From: a bacterium
GTDB taxonomy: Bacteria; Electryoneota; Electryoneia; Electryoneales; Electryoneaceae
Assembly (NCBI GenBank): GCA_963669175.1
Contig: OY769902.1
Span: forward strand, 3,104,001-3,168,000
Direction of reading: 5' to 3'
DNA length: 64,000 bases
Every line of letters starts with the position of its first letter. Position 1 is the stretch's first letter. The position numbers and the translations under genes were made by a program. Below the pieces are notes generated by a model. The model had not been told where the DNA came from. It made no database searches and worked only from the letters and a program-made list of their open reading frames with translations. Positions 38,301 to 48,013 of this stretch are shown here, in pieces.

Positions 38301-40411
38301 GCGCCCAGGCCAGCATTTCATCCAACCGTAACTGGACTATCCCAAGCGCGGCAGGCCCCAGCGGAATGCTTGCTCCTTACTGGGATGAGCTACAGACCAA
38401 CGGTGACTGTGCTATCCTCTATCATTATGATGAGGATAATGATCGCCTCATTTTCGAATTCTACAAAATGCGGCATCATGTTACCAGTTACGAGAGCACT
38501 TTTGAAGTTATCATCTATGATACGGAAGCGTATCCCACCGCGACGGGCGATAACGAAATTGTTTTCCAGTACGGTGAGTGTGATCATTCCACTGGTGGTA
38601 TGACAAACGATGTTCCTTACTGGACAACCGGTATTGAGAGTAACGATCAGTCCGACGGTCTGCTGGTTGCCTATTGGAACGAGTATACCGATGGTTCTGC
38701 CAGCATCACCCAGGGACGCGCCATTAAGTTTACTACCAACATTGCTGTACCGGTTGGAAGGATTCATGGTGTGATTTCGGATCTGGAAACTGGCAATCCG
38801 ATTGAAAATGCCATTGTTCGTACAAGCGACTGGATGTTCACGGCTGTAACAGATGCTGAAGGTGAGTATGCGATTGACAGCGTATTCATCGGCAATTACG
38901 ATCTGGTTGTCGAAGCAGTCTGCTACAACGAAACGACGATAGAGAACATATCTGTCGCTGATGGCAGTGATGAAACTGCGAATGCGCAGATGACTCACCC
39001 GGAGTTTGAGCTGTCAACATTGATGCTTTCGACTGAAATTGCTCCGGATTCCGCAGTCTTCCTCGAGTTCGCGATCAACAACGATGGCAACGGCCCGCTA
39101 ACCTACAATGCCAGCCTGCATTTCCCGAATGAAGCATTGCTTAACGGCAATGGTGATTCAGGAAACAGGGGACCGGTACAGAGTGATAACGAGCTGGATG
39201 AAGCCTGGGATCAGATTTACCAGTTCGATTTAGATCAGATGGAGCTGCGTTATCGTGGTGTCGTTTTCGATGGTGAATATTTCTGGTTGAGCGGTTCCAA
39301 CAACTATGATGTCAGCGGTCCGAACAAGCTGTACCAGTACGATGCTGAAGGTATGTACCTGGCGACATTCGATCAGCCGGTACCGGCTGAGGATCGTACC
39401 AGCCAGGGCTTCTACGGCATGGCATGGGACGGTGAATACTTGTATGCGGCGGATGGCGGCATCATGTACCAGATGGAGTTCGATGAAACGGAATGGACTG
39501 TTCTCGACACATGGGAAGTCCCGGCCAACCCGGCACGTTATATCGTACTCGATCCGAACACGTACTACTTCTACATTGGCGATTATGGTACAGAGATCCG
39601 TGCGATACATCCGGACAGCTCAGATATAATCTACGAATTCGGTCAGGAATTCTATCCTCGCGGCGGTGGTTGGTTCCCGGAAGATGAGGATGGATACAAC
39701 ATTTACTTCATCGCACAGCAAAGCGGCGAAGCGATGATCAGTTTTGTCAAGATGGACCCGGTTACTGGCGATACACGTCCTATCTATTCGACACAGGTCG
39801 AAGAAGGCTATCTTGCTACTGGCGGCGACATTACCTACTTCTGGGATCCGTCCGTGTGGCAATTCATCAGCGTGCTGGAAAGCAGCGATCTGGACAAGGT
39901 GACTCTCTGGGAAGTTGATACCTACTCCAACTGGGTAGAAGTACTCAATCCGACTGGAACAGTTGAAGCTGAGGGAAGCAATACCGTGGAACTGCGTGTG
40001 CATTCCTATGGTTTGCCGCCGGATACTTTCAACGTGGCAATCGAGATCAGCCATGACGCCTGTACTGAAAACCAGGAATGGGTCGATCTGACCATGATCG
40101 TTTACGATCCCAAGGGAATCGAAGATCATGATGTCACTGACCTGCCGACCGAGTTCTCGTTTGATGGTGCGTACCCGAACCCGTTCAACCCGGTCGCAAC
40201 AGTTCGCTTCGGCCTGCCACAAACAGCGGTCGTGAAGGCTACAGTATTCAACCTGTTGGGCCAGAAGGTTGCCACATTGACGAATCAACCGATGCAGGCG
40301 GGATACCACCAGCTTACCTTTGATGGAAGTAACCTGGCCAGCGGCATGTACTTCCTGAACTTCCAATCCGGTCCGATCAACGAGACGACAAGGTTGATCC
40401 TGATGAAGTAG
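35336..40411 (+). CDS. Gingipain-like C25-family multidomain secreted protein, paralogue 1
   Basis: Signal peptide; propeptide (GMPAVP...YPVQVNP); C25 core (IIGD, IGRIS, VTCGTG, YNLMGDP); Ig-like, GPDNYGY and carboxypeptidase-regulatory-like modules; YPNPFNP...LASGMYF CTD. ATG 35336 follows GGAGG. Confidence 0.85.
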   Translation: MRRCAVVLLMLALVGLATASETASLTDQTIQPLQVVNRQITDSGISLTLEVGEPMWISVDAENGDQLEMASYPLSGYISEDGMPAVPVASSLFRIPPRSGVSVEIIEAEYETYSDVEYASMYTEELDDGINEIYRRANAEDRWFPGNLAEAGEPAIFHDFRVTNLLTYPVQVNPARREVRVYSNIRVQITYEGVDERNALEDWPTRISRSMVPKYEAFLDWELDELNDYEFYDGNVQVVMVDDDALWAAMEDWFTWKREKGWKLDFIHPADVGTWSAANIRAELIERYNNNPDKFDYIVIIGDDQGSFAVPPGSGSSGYGAGDQPYSCIVGDDNLADIGIGRISIQTVAQAVAYQQKVLTYERDVDFDNTDWYLRGMLNRADTHAGISKVIMLRYYKYLMLQHLGFTQVDTVMWGNGDNFAMQRIDDGVSFYGGRGYLGYGLSTGEIAQLENDNMTPVVIDVTCGTGNWSQGTSISEAYMLAGTVQAPRGGVVAMSMATSGTRPDFNNVLSGASGWSMLQMQWPTPGDMMLAGKINGWVNYHGHNDATLNSFLQWYNLMGDPLVYIWTDIPHELDVDAPASMVLGQHEYSVIVTEDGEPVVDAWVTFLKESGGDNIQVSKYTDETGSVTFYPEVGGAGEAKLTVTKYNCAPVQVDVAVSAFNATVGWDGITIIDNGVGGTIGDGDGIPEAGERVGLQMLLKNYGGAEATDISITGDSDDPYINDVYGSVSLGSLSPNQSSQGSGMVIVDIADFAQDRWLAIINLAIETDDGTVEDAYQLTLNAPNFVITQVTLSGDLQPGQSREAILTVGNIGGSDATAGTALFVSRDPWLRVTQYNGTVPALDINSAGVSSSFQVEALVGSFPGYEAKAMLLVTTETGQVDTAYTTVLFGTREESDPIGPDNYGYMGFDNIDTDWDYAPVYDWVEINPDAPNNDYSGIALDISDLAENDEDEDMGVTLDLEEIAFPIQYYGETFTEISVHSNGTVAMGAQASISSNRNWTIPSAAGPSGMLAPYWDELQTNGDCAILYHYDEDNDRLIFEFYKMRHHVTSYESTFEVIIYDTEAYPTATGDNEIVFQYGECDHSTGGMTNDVPYWTTGIESNDQSDGLLVAYWNEYTDGSASITQGRAIKFTTNIAVPVGRIHGVISDLETGNPIENAIVRTSDWMFTAVTDAEGEYAIDSVFIGNYDLVVEAVCYNETTIENISVADGSDETANAQMTHPEFELSTLMLSTEIAPDSAVFLEFAINNDGNGPLTYNASLHFPNEALLNGNGDSGNRGPVQSDNELDEAWDQIYQFDLDQMELRYRGVVFDGEYFWLSGSNNYDVSGPNKLYQYDAEGMYLATFDQPVPAEDRTSQGFYGMAWDGEYLYAADGGIMYQMEFDETEWTVLDTWEVPANPARYIVLDPNTYYFYIGDYGTEIRAIHPDSSDIIYEFGQEFYPRGGGWFPEDEDGYNIYFIAQQSGEAMISFVKMDPVTGDTRPIYSTQVEEGYLATGGDITYFWDPSVWQFISVLESSDLDKVTLWEVDTYSNWVEVLNPTGTVEAEGSNTVELRVHSYGLPPDTFNVAIEISHDACTENQEWVDLTMIVYDPKGIEDHDVTDLPTEFSFDGAYPNPFNPVATVRFGLPQTAVVKATVFNLLGQKVATLTNQPMQAGYHQLTFDGSNLASGMYFLNFQSGPINETTRLILMK

Positions 40412-40458
40412 CAGGGAAGAAGATGAAGGCCTTGCGCTTTCACTGAGATGTGATTTCT

Positions 40459-40491
40459 ACCGGCAACGTCTTATGGCGTTGCCGGTTTTTT
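40459..40491 (+). terminator. Terminator after C25 paralogue 1
   Basis: Stem ACCGGCAACG/CGTTGCCGGT followed by a T tract. Confidence 0.85.
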
Positions 40492-40669
40492 GGGTTCGCA
40501 CGGCTATTGCATCAACTACTGACGCTCGATAGAATTCTGCTGAAAATACCCTGACTTGACGATAGCAGGGAGTGAGGTTTCAACCGAAGAGAAGCTGAGA
40601 TTGGGCGGAAAACAGAAAGGTGAAATGCCAAAACCTATATGGATTTTCAGCTATGTTAGTATAGCAGGA

Positions 40670-41290
40670 TTACGAAAGTTCAGGACGTGTCACAAAAAGA
40701 TAATTGTATATCACTACCGACAGTTCATGCAGGAAATCTTCCTTCTCCAGATTCTGCTCAAAGACAGTGTATGAACGGAAAGATTCCTTGAGGAGCAAGA
40801 GAAGAAGTTGGGCTGATTTCTTCTTGTCCGGGACACAGACTTCATCACCGAAACTCTCGATTAGTTTAGTCAAAAGAGCAACAGTGACTTGCTCCTCTTT
40901 TTTATGAAATTCCTCAAAACGCCAGTTGCTGTATCGTAGTCCGGAAACCTGCCGCTGAAGTGATTCAGGAAGGTTCCTGGTATCCAACATCATTCGCAAT
41001 ATCATGTAGATCGTCTCAAAAGGGGGCCTCTGTTCTGAGTTCTGCAACATCTTTGCGATTGAATCTTCTACCTGAATCTGTTTCTGCTGATGCACGATTT
41101 CGAGGAGAACATCAACCTTGTCTTCAAAATAGGAGTAAAAGGTACCAACCGATACACCCGCAGCCCTGGCAATTTCCTTGGTGTTCGTTTCGTCCAGACC
41201 TTTGTGGCAAAACAGACCATACGAAACGTCGATAATTCTCTGCTTCTTTTCCTGGCTTCTTTGTTGAACAGGTGTTCTGACCTTTTCCAT
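40670..41290 (-). CDS. TetR/AcrR family transcriptional regulator
   Basis: Q.RS...K..I, followed by the HTH TKEIARAAGVSVGTFYSYFEDK. Confidence 0.92.
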   Translation of the reverse strand: MEKVRTPVQQRSQEKKQRIIDVSYGLFCHKGLDETNTKEIARAAGVSVGTFYSYFEDKVDVLLEIVHQQKQIQVEDSIAKMLQNSEQRPPFETIYMILRMMLDTRNLPESLQRQVSGLRYSNWRFEEFHKKEEQVTVALLTKLIESFGDEVCVPDKKKSAQLLLLLLKESFRSYTVFEQNLEKEDFLHELSVVIYNYLFVTRPELS

Positions 41291-41329
41291 AAAAACAATT
41301 TATTCGGTTTGAAAATCAGAATCAAGGGT

Positions 41330-41409
41330 AAACCTGAACTTAGTTCTCATTTGCTCTTGACAAGGCATGCGCGCGCACCTATCTTTTAATGTGAACTTGG
41401 TTCATGTTT
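41330..41409 (+). promoter_or_regulatory. Sigma70 promoter flanked by two putative TetR operators
   Basis: TTGACA(41357)-N17-TATCTT(41380). Operator-like boxes TGAACTTAGTTCT (41335-47) and TGAACTTGGTTCA (41392-404) are inverted near-copies of each other. Confidence 0.7.
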
Positions 41410-41428
41410 TAACCTGACGGAGGTTTTG

Positions 41429-42414
41429 ATGGATATGATTGAATCTTCAGTATGTGGCGGAAGCCCAAGGGTTGCATCGCAATGGATAGGTGGTTTTCAG
41501 GCCTATTTCTATGACAAGGTCATGGAAAAAGTGATATTCCCAAAAAAATTTGGTGGAGATCTGGAACAGCACTATACGATTTTAAACAGGTACACTTCGG
41601 CATTTCACGGATTAGATGTTTTGGAACTGGCTGCCGGCAGTGGCGATTGTGTTCGATTTCTTCCAACAGACAACACCTATACCGGTGTCGATATCAGCAT
41701 GGGCCTGTTAAAACAGGCAAAGCGAAAAATCAACAAGGCCGGGTATAGACATGCACGACTTCTTCACTGTGCAGCAGAAGATCTTCCTCTTCCTGGTAAT
41801 CAATACGACCTGGTCCTTTGTAACCTGGCGTTGAACTTCTTCACAGATTCCGATTCTGTGTTGAATGAGTGTTGTCGTGTATTAAAAACGGGTTCCTCAC
41901 AAGAATTTGTGCATTCGGGCGATGTTGTGGCAGGTCTTGACGCGACATTTCGTCTTCGACTTTTGCTGTGTTTTCCAGAATGCACAATGATACTGAAACC
42001 ACCTCGCGCCCTGTTATTGTCGCGTTGTGACCTGCCACCTGATACAACATTCTCGCTGTCGTCAGGTCACAACGTGATGCCTGATGACGATCCATCAAGC
42101 GAAATAGCATGTGTGAAGTCGGACAGGTGTCTGAAATTGCGGAGAAGAACGCGAAAACGGCATCACGTCAAGACCTGACGAAACGTACTCGTAGATAATA
42201 CGCACAAATTCCTGTGAGAAGCCTAAAAACGAAAGGCATGATCCTGGGGTCTGTTCCAGTACCCGAAAGAAAAAAGACAGATAGTAAAATCAGGGGAAGG
42301 CTGAAGACAGAAAAGGAATTGGAGTCTTTCTTTAAAGAGAAGGGGTTCAGTTTTCAATCACTGGAAGAACATAATGGCGCTGTTTTCTATTTCAAAGCTG
42401 AACTCGTGGACTAA
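41429..42414 (+). pseudogene. Class I SAM methyltransferase disrupted by a MITE
   Basis: VLELAAGSG, GVDISMGLL...CCRVLKT. After removing the insertion it continues in frame as KGMILGSVPVPE...ELVD*. Confidence 0.88.
41891..42223. mobile_element. 333-bp MITE with 22-bp TIRs and 8-bp TSD (ISL3-like ends)
   Basis: TIR GGTTCCTCACAAGAATTTGTGC vs reverse complement GGCTTCTCACAGGAATTTGTGC (19/22). TAAAAACG is duplicated at 41883-90 and 42224-31. Confidence 0.9.
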
Positions 42415-42848
42415 CACTTAGGTTTCCGAGTTCGCAATGCAGATGGACGAGGAACGCTATGGATTAAGTCATTTATATCAAGTTGTTTGCTGAGTTTAAA
42501 TCGTCCGGTGTGTGAAACATGAATGATGCATTTTTGTCGTTCAAACAGGGGAGACGGTTAACAGCAAAACGTCGCTTTTCTCTGTGCCGTAAAATAGAAA
42601 TTTCTAAAATAAGTAGACTCTTCTATGAATGTTAGGTTGGCTTGACTTTTTTATGGTACTTCCATAAGTTGTTCCTGACTTTCAGGGATGAATCACTTTT
42701 CAATCATGTGAAGAATTTCGCAAAGGTGGGACTATACAGTGGTACCTGATGCTGCTAAAGAAATGAAAGGTGTTAAGTCGAATGTTTAGGTTAATTCCCA
42801 ACCCAACACACAACCTCGAGATGAGGATCTCGGCAGTGAGGCATTTAC

Positions 42849-45212
42849 ATGAAGATTCAACAGATTAACAGCTTTTTCCGTCGTTTAGGCGCTTTTCAAA
42901 TTCATTACCGCTGGTGGTTTCTGCTACTTACCGTTTTGTTGCTTGCAGTAGGCATTTCTGGTATGAGCAGGGTAAGGACAGCCAATTCCAGGGAAAACTG
43001 GTTTTACGACAGCGAGGAAATCGAGATAGCAACCGAGCGTTTCGAGGAGCAGTTCGGAAACAACGAGAATGTTGGCATTCTTATAACAGCGAAGGATGTA
43101 TTTTCACCTGAAGTGCTTGCGGCAATTGACCAGTTGGGTGAAGAGTTTCTACTCAATGTGCCCTATGCTGATGAAGTAATTTCCTTGACTGAGCTTGAGA
43201 TATCCGTGGGGACAGCCGAGGGCATTGAGGTTATCAATCCATTCGAGGAAGGTATCCCCGAGGATCCTGAACGTCTGGATGAGATACGTGAACTTATCAT
43301 GTCCAGACAGTCTCTGGTCAACCGGCTTGTTTCGGATGATGGGACCGAGACCTGGCTGACCCTCGAATTACTGGAGTACCCGGAAGAAGAGGAATGGTCT
43401 AAAAGTGGTTCTCTCGATCCCATGTTCGAAGTGGGCGAAGCAGCCATTGCTATCGTTACAGATCCTCGCTGGGAAAGTGATCTTTATAGCCTGAAGGCTG
43501 CCGGCATGCCATACACGGAAACCGAGGAAAGGGATTTCTTTGGTCGTGAGACAATGATTCGTGTTTTGTCGGGCTTCCTGCTGATGATTGTCCTTCTGGT
43601 TCTCTTTCTGCATTCTTTGCGTGGTGTGCTTGTACCTGTTTTCACAACGGGCGCCGGAATTATCGTTGTTTTCGGTATCATGGGGTGGTTGGGAATCGAG
43701 TTGGACGCCAACATGGTGACACTGCCAGTGTTGCTTGGCATGGCGCTGGCTGTGGGATATTCCATTCACATGGTCAACGCTTTCAAGCGAAACCTTGGAC
43801 CGGACACTGAACGTCGCGAAGCGGCAATCATAGCTGTAGAGGAAACAGGTTGGCCGATATTCTTTACCGCGATTACCACAATGGGATCGGTGATGTCTTT
43901 CGCGGCTACCGGTATTCAGACGATTAGCTGGCTGGGATTTACGAGTGCAGCAGTCGTATTGGTCAATTATCTTTTCGTTATTATTCTGGTTCCCATATTG
44001 ATGAGTTTTGGTAAAAATAGGGGGCGAAGATCTACAGGCGTGCGTAAAGCTTCGCTCCTGGATCTGATGATGGGTAGTTTGGCCTCCCTGGTGCTGAAAA
44101 GACGAGTTCCGCTTCTCCTGGTTGTGCTGATCTGCGTAGGTGGCTTGGCGCCGGGTGTGGCTATGATGAAAGTAAACATGGACATGTTTAGGTTCATGGG
44201 CACGAAAGTCCCGTATATTCAACGTGTCTGGGAGGTTGTTAATTCGCAGTTGGGGTCATACCTGGCTTATAATATTACAATCGAGTATGAGGAGACGGAT
44301 GCGATAAAGGACCCCGAGACGCTGAGGCATTTCGAGGCTTTGCTGGACACTGTTGGCGGGTTTGAGCTTACCAAGTCGCACCATGAGGCGACCAGTGTTT
44401 TCTCCATACTGGATATCATCAAAGAAATGAACCAGACTCTTAATGATGACGATCCTGCCTTTTATACCATCCCTGAGAATCGTGATCTGGTTGCACAGCT
44501 TCTCTTTCTTTACGAGATATCAGGCGGCACCAAGACCTTTCGCTGGATTGATGAAGATTATTCCATGATGCGTGCGCGTGTTCAAGTGTGGAAGTTTGAT
44601 GCCAATGAAATTGTACGAGAGTTGGACACTATAAAGCGCATTGGGCAAACCAGCTTCCCCGGGGCAAAGGTCAGCGTTGTAGGGAGTGCGGTTCAGTTTG
44701 CTGAATTGAACAAGAAGATCGTCACGGGTGAAATAATGTCGATTCTGGTAGCGCTGCTTGTGATCGGTATTTTGCTGATAGCAGTATTCGGCAGCTTCAA
44801 GACCGGTCTGATTGGAATGCTGCCCAACATCATGCCGCTGGTAGCCATCGCTGGGTACATGGGGTACACCCGTTCGCCCCTGGACATGATGACTATGACC
44901 ATCATGCCAATGCTACTGGGGGTTGCTGTCGATGATACGATTCACTTCATCAATCATGTGAAGTATGAGTTCGAGCGTTGTTTGAACTACGAAAAGGCTA
45001 TTCGAGCATCTTTTGTCACTGTGGGCAAGAACCTGGCAATGACGACCATCATCCTGGGGGGCACCTTTGCCATGTATACCCTCTCACCTGTGTCCGCGCT
45101 GGGACGAATTGGAATGTTGGCATCCATCGGGCTGCTGGTTGCACTGATTACTGATTACCTGGCAACACCGGCATTCATCCTGCTAACCAAACCTTTTGGG
45201 GAGGAAAAATAA
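42849..45212 (+). CDS. MMPL/RND-family exporter
   Basis: Two repeats of a periplasmic loop plus TM block; [12 protein letters not shown] and [12 protein letters not shown]. Confidence 0.9.
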   Translation: MKIQQINSFFRRLGAFQIHYRWWFLLLTVLLLAVGISGMSRVRTANSRENWFYDSEEIEIATERFEEQFGNNENVGILITAKDVFSPEVLAAIDQLGEEFLLNVPYADEVISLTELEISVGTAEGIEVINPFEEGIPEDPERLDEIRELIMSRQSLVNRLVSDDGTETWLTLELLEYPEEEEWSKSGSLDPMFEVGEAAIAIVTDPRWESDLYSLKAAGMPYTETEERDFFGRETMIRVLSGFLLMIVLLVLFLHSLRGVLVPVFTTGAGIIVVFGIMGWLGIELDANMVTLPVLLGMALAVGYSIHMVNAFKRNLGPDTERREAAIIAVEETGWPIFFTAITTMGSVMSFAATGIQTISWLGFTSAAVVLVNYLFVIILVPILMSFGKNRGRRSTGVRKASLLDLMMGSLASLVLKRRVPLLLVVLICVGGLAPGVAMMKVNMDMFRFMGTKVPYIQRVWEVVNSQLGSYLAYNITIEYEETDAIKDPETLRHFEALLDTVGGFELTKSHHEATSVFSILDIIKEMNQTLNDDDPAFYTIPENRDLVAQLLFLYEISGGTKTFRWIDEDYSMMRARVQVWKFDANEIVRELDTIKRIGQTSFPGAKVSVVGSAVQFAELNKKIVTGEIMSILVALLVIGILLIAVFGSFKTGLIGMLPNIMPLVAIAGYMGYTRSPLDMMTMTIMPMLLGVAVDDTIHFINHVKYEFERCLNYEKAIRASFVTVGKNLAMTTIILGGTFAMYTLSPVSALGRIGMLASIGLLVALITDYLATPAFILLTKPFGEEK

Positions 45213-46009
45213 TGAATACAGGGACAAAGCTACTGGTAAACGCTGCATTGGTACTTCTTATTTCCACTGCAGGTTTTGGTGAACAACTGACCGGGCGTGA
45301 AATTATGCAGAAAGTTCACGATCGCCCTGACGGCGATTCACGCTATTCCGAGATGACCATGACACTGATCAACAAGCGAGGTCATGAACGCGAACGTCGC
45401 TTGAGATCCTGGTCCATGGATGTGGGCGATAACAAGCTTGACAGCAAAATGCTGATGTTTTTCGACTCGCCTGCGGACGTCGAAGGTACAGGATTCTTGA
45501 CCTGGGATTATGATGAGATTGGCAAGGACGACGACAGGTGGCTATATCTTCCTGCAATGAAGAGAACTCGACGTATCAGCGGTTCGTCCGCAAAGAGTGA
45601 TTATTTCATGGGGACAGACTTTACCTATGACGATATGGGAAGCCGTAACGTGGACGAAGATGAGCATACACTGCTGCGTTCAGAGGAGTATGAGGGGCAC
45701 CTTTGCTGGATAATTGAATCAGTCTCAAAGGATGAACGAGACATTTACTCAAGGAAGGTTTCCTGGATTCGTCAGGACTGCTTTGTAGCAATGCGGGTAG
45801 AATACTATGATCGAAAGGGCAGGTTACATCGTGAGTTGATGCTATCCGATATTGAACAGGTAGATGGATACTGGCTGGCAAAACGACTCCATATGACCGA
45901 CGTACAGAAGAATCACCAGACGATTCTGATGATCCATTCGCCGCAATATGACCTTGATCTGAACGAAAACAGCTTCAATGTGAATCAGTTGGAAAAGGGG
46001 AGTCTGTGA
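45212..46009 (+). CDS. Outer-membrane lipoprotein-sorting (LolA-like) protein
   Basis: Motifs [24 protein letters not shown] and [10 protein letters not shown]. Confidence 0.88.
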   Translation: MNTGTKLLVNAALVLLISTAGFGEQLTGREIMQKVHDRPDGDSRYSEMTMTLINKRGHERERRLRSWSMDVGDNKLDSKMLMFFDSPADVEGTGFLTWDYDEIGKDDDRWLYLPAMKRTRRISGSSAKSDYFMGTDFTYDDMGSRNVDEDEHTLLRSEEYEGHLCWIIESVSKDERDIYSRKVSWIRQDCFVAMRVEYYDRKGRLHRELMLSDIEQVDGYWLAKRLHMTDVQKNHQTILMIHSPQYDLDLNENSFNVNQLEKGSL

Positions 46010-47247
46010 AACAAGTAATACTGATTTCTCTGCTTTGGCTGGCATTGTACTCGACCTGGCATAGTCCAGCCAAAGCGGAGCCGAATTGGGGCATCAGCGG
46101 CTTTGTGGACACATACCATGCGGTCCGAGTTGAAGACGAGAACGATTTCCTCAGTTCGCGCACCCGGCTGAGAAGCGAGCTCTCACGTACTTTGGCTGAA
46201 ATGTATGTCTATGCTTCTTTTAATGTGATCCATAATGCCCTGCTCGATTCGGAATCAGGCATTGAACTTCGGGAGGCCTTCTTCCAGTATTATCGGGACA
46301 ATTGGGAGTTGAAAGCAGGCAGGCAAATCATCATCTGGGGGGTGGCTGATGGCCTTCGCATTACTGACATGGTCTCACCAATGGATATGACCGAGTTTCT
46401 GGCGCGTGACTACGATGATATTCGCACACCCGTTGATGGATTCAGGGGCAGATATTTTAATAACAGCCTCAATGTTGACCTGGTCTATTTACCTATCGCA
46501 GCTTTTGACCATATTCCTTTAGATGTACGCAATCCCTGGTCACCCTTCAGCACAAGCGGTATGACATATGTGGACCTGATTGATGATGGACAACCTGATA
46601 AGACGTTGGAGAACGGCGAATTCGGATTGCGTACCTCCATGTATCTTGCAGGGTTAGATATGAGCTTCGCAGCTCTTCGTACCTGGAACAAGACGCCTGT
46701 CTACGTTTCCAGAGTTTCTTCTACGGGTGACACGCTAAAACTTGAAGCCAGGCATGCACGGCTGAACATTCTCGGGGTGGATCTGTCGCGTCCAATGGGA
46801 CAGTTTGTCCTGCGAGGTGAAGCTGCTGCTTATTTGAACGAGTTGCATGAGACACAATGGGAAAGCGGAGGTGGTAGCGTTGAAGAAACTACGTATCACT
46901 TCCTTGCAGGAATGGATTGGTATCCAAGTGGAGATTGGACGATTACAGGTCAGTACATCAACGATTGGATTCCAGACCGCCAGCCAGGAATGGTAAGCGA
47001 TGAGCATGAAACCATGGCGACATGTGGAATAACACTACAGTTTCTTCGCAACACGCTTAAAGTTTCCACTTTTACTTATATGGATCTGTCACACGAAAGT
47101 CTCTTCAATCGCAGCTACGCAGAATACAGCCTGACAGATGATCTTCACCTCTTGGCAGGGCTCGACTGGTTCAATGGTAATTCAGGCTCTTATGCAATAT
47201 ATAAGAACAATTCAGAAATGTGGATGAAAGTGAAGTGCAGTTTCTAG
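46006..47247 (+). CDS. Outer-membrane beta-barrel (DUF1302-like)
   Basis: Signal peptide, [18 protein letters not shown] and a terminal Phe. This is the usual third gene of MMPL-LolA operons. Confidence 0.75.
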   Translation: MKQVILISLLWLALYSTWHSPAKAEPNWGISGFVDTYHAVRVEDENDFLSSRTRLRSELSRTLAEMYVYASFNVIHNALLDSESGIELREAFFQYYRDNWELKAGRQIIIWGVADGLRITDMVSPMDMTEFLARDYDDIRTPVDGFRGRYFNNSLNVDLVYLPIAAFDHIPLDVRNPWSPFSTSGMTYVDLIDDGQPDKTLENGEFGLRTSMYLAGLDMSFAALRTWNKTPVYVSRVSSTGDTLKLEARHARLNILGVDLSRPMGQFVLRGEAAAYLNELHETQWESGGGSVEETTYHFLAGMDWYPSGDWTITGQYINDWIPDRQPGMVSDEHETMATCGITLQFLRNTLKVSTFTYMDLSHESLFNRSYAEYSLTDDLHLLAGLDWFNGNSGSYAIYKNNSEMWMKVKCSF

Positions 47248-48013
47248 CCCGGATATAGCCATTCCCATTATTAATCCGTCATATGGTCTTGTTCCATATC
47301 AGTGAAAGATCAACGATATAGTTGTAATAAAGGAGATGGAAAAAGGGGACAGTTTCCTTTCCCTGGGGCAAAGCCTTCCCAGCGTGAGCATGGACTGGGA
47401 AAGGTGGCTGTACCCTTTTTCTTGAGAGCAGGCAGGAATTACACGGAAAAGGGGACAGTTTCACGAAATCTTGGTAGTTCTATTCTAAGTGAAACTAACG
47501 CAGAAATCAGCCATCAAAAACAAGCCCGAAGGGAGCGCGCGCTTTACCCCATGACTGCGTTGATTTCCCTTGAAATAGCCTGCTATGTCTGTGGTCAAGC
47601 GCTTTGTCTTGGGGCAAAGCGCGCAGCTCAGAAAACATCATAGCAGGTGCAATGGATCACGAGTATTGCAGGGGCGTGATTAAACAGAACGGTTCATGTG
47701 GATTGAATGAAAGTAGAAATAATCCTGTATAGCCGGGAAGCGCAGCTAATCGTCTTGTGTTGAACGATGGATGATGCAGCGCTCGATGCCTGCCTGTCTT
47801 TGAGTACCGATTCCACAAGTTTCTGCCGATTTCGCAGTAGTCTCTCTTCTCGTGATTATTTCAGGATATTTTTTTCGTTTATCTGTCGCAGGCAGGCAAT
47901 TGTACAGGTGGTGATGCTATTTTACTTAGAATAATGGAAAACACCGTGAGCACATTGACTCTATACATAGAGGGTTGGAGAAAGCGTTTGCCAACAATGT
48001 TTGGAGGATTGCG

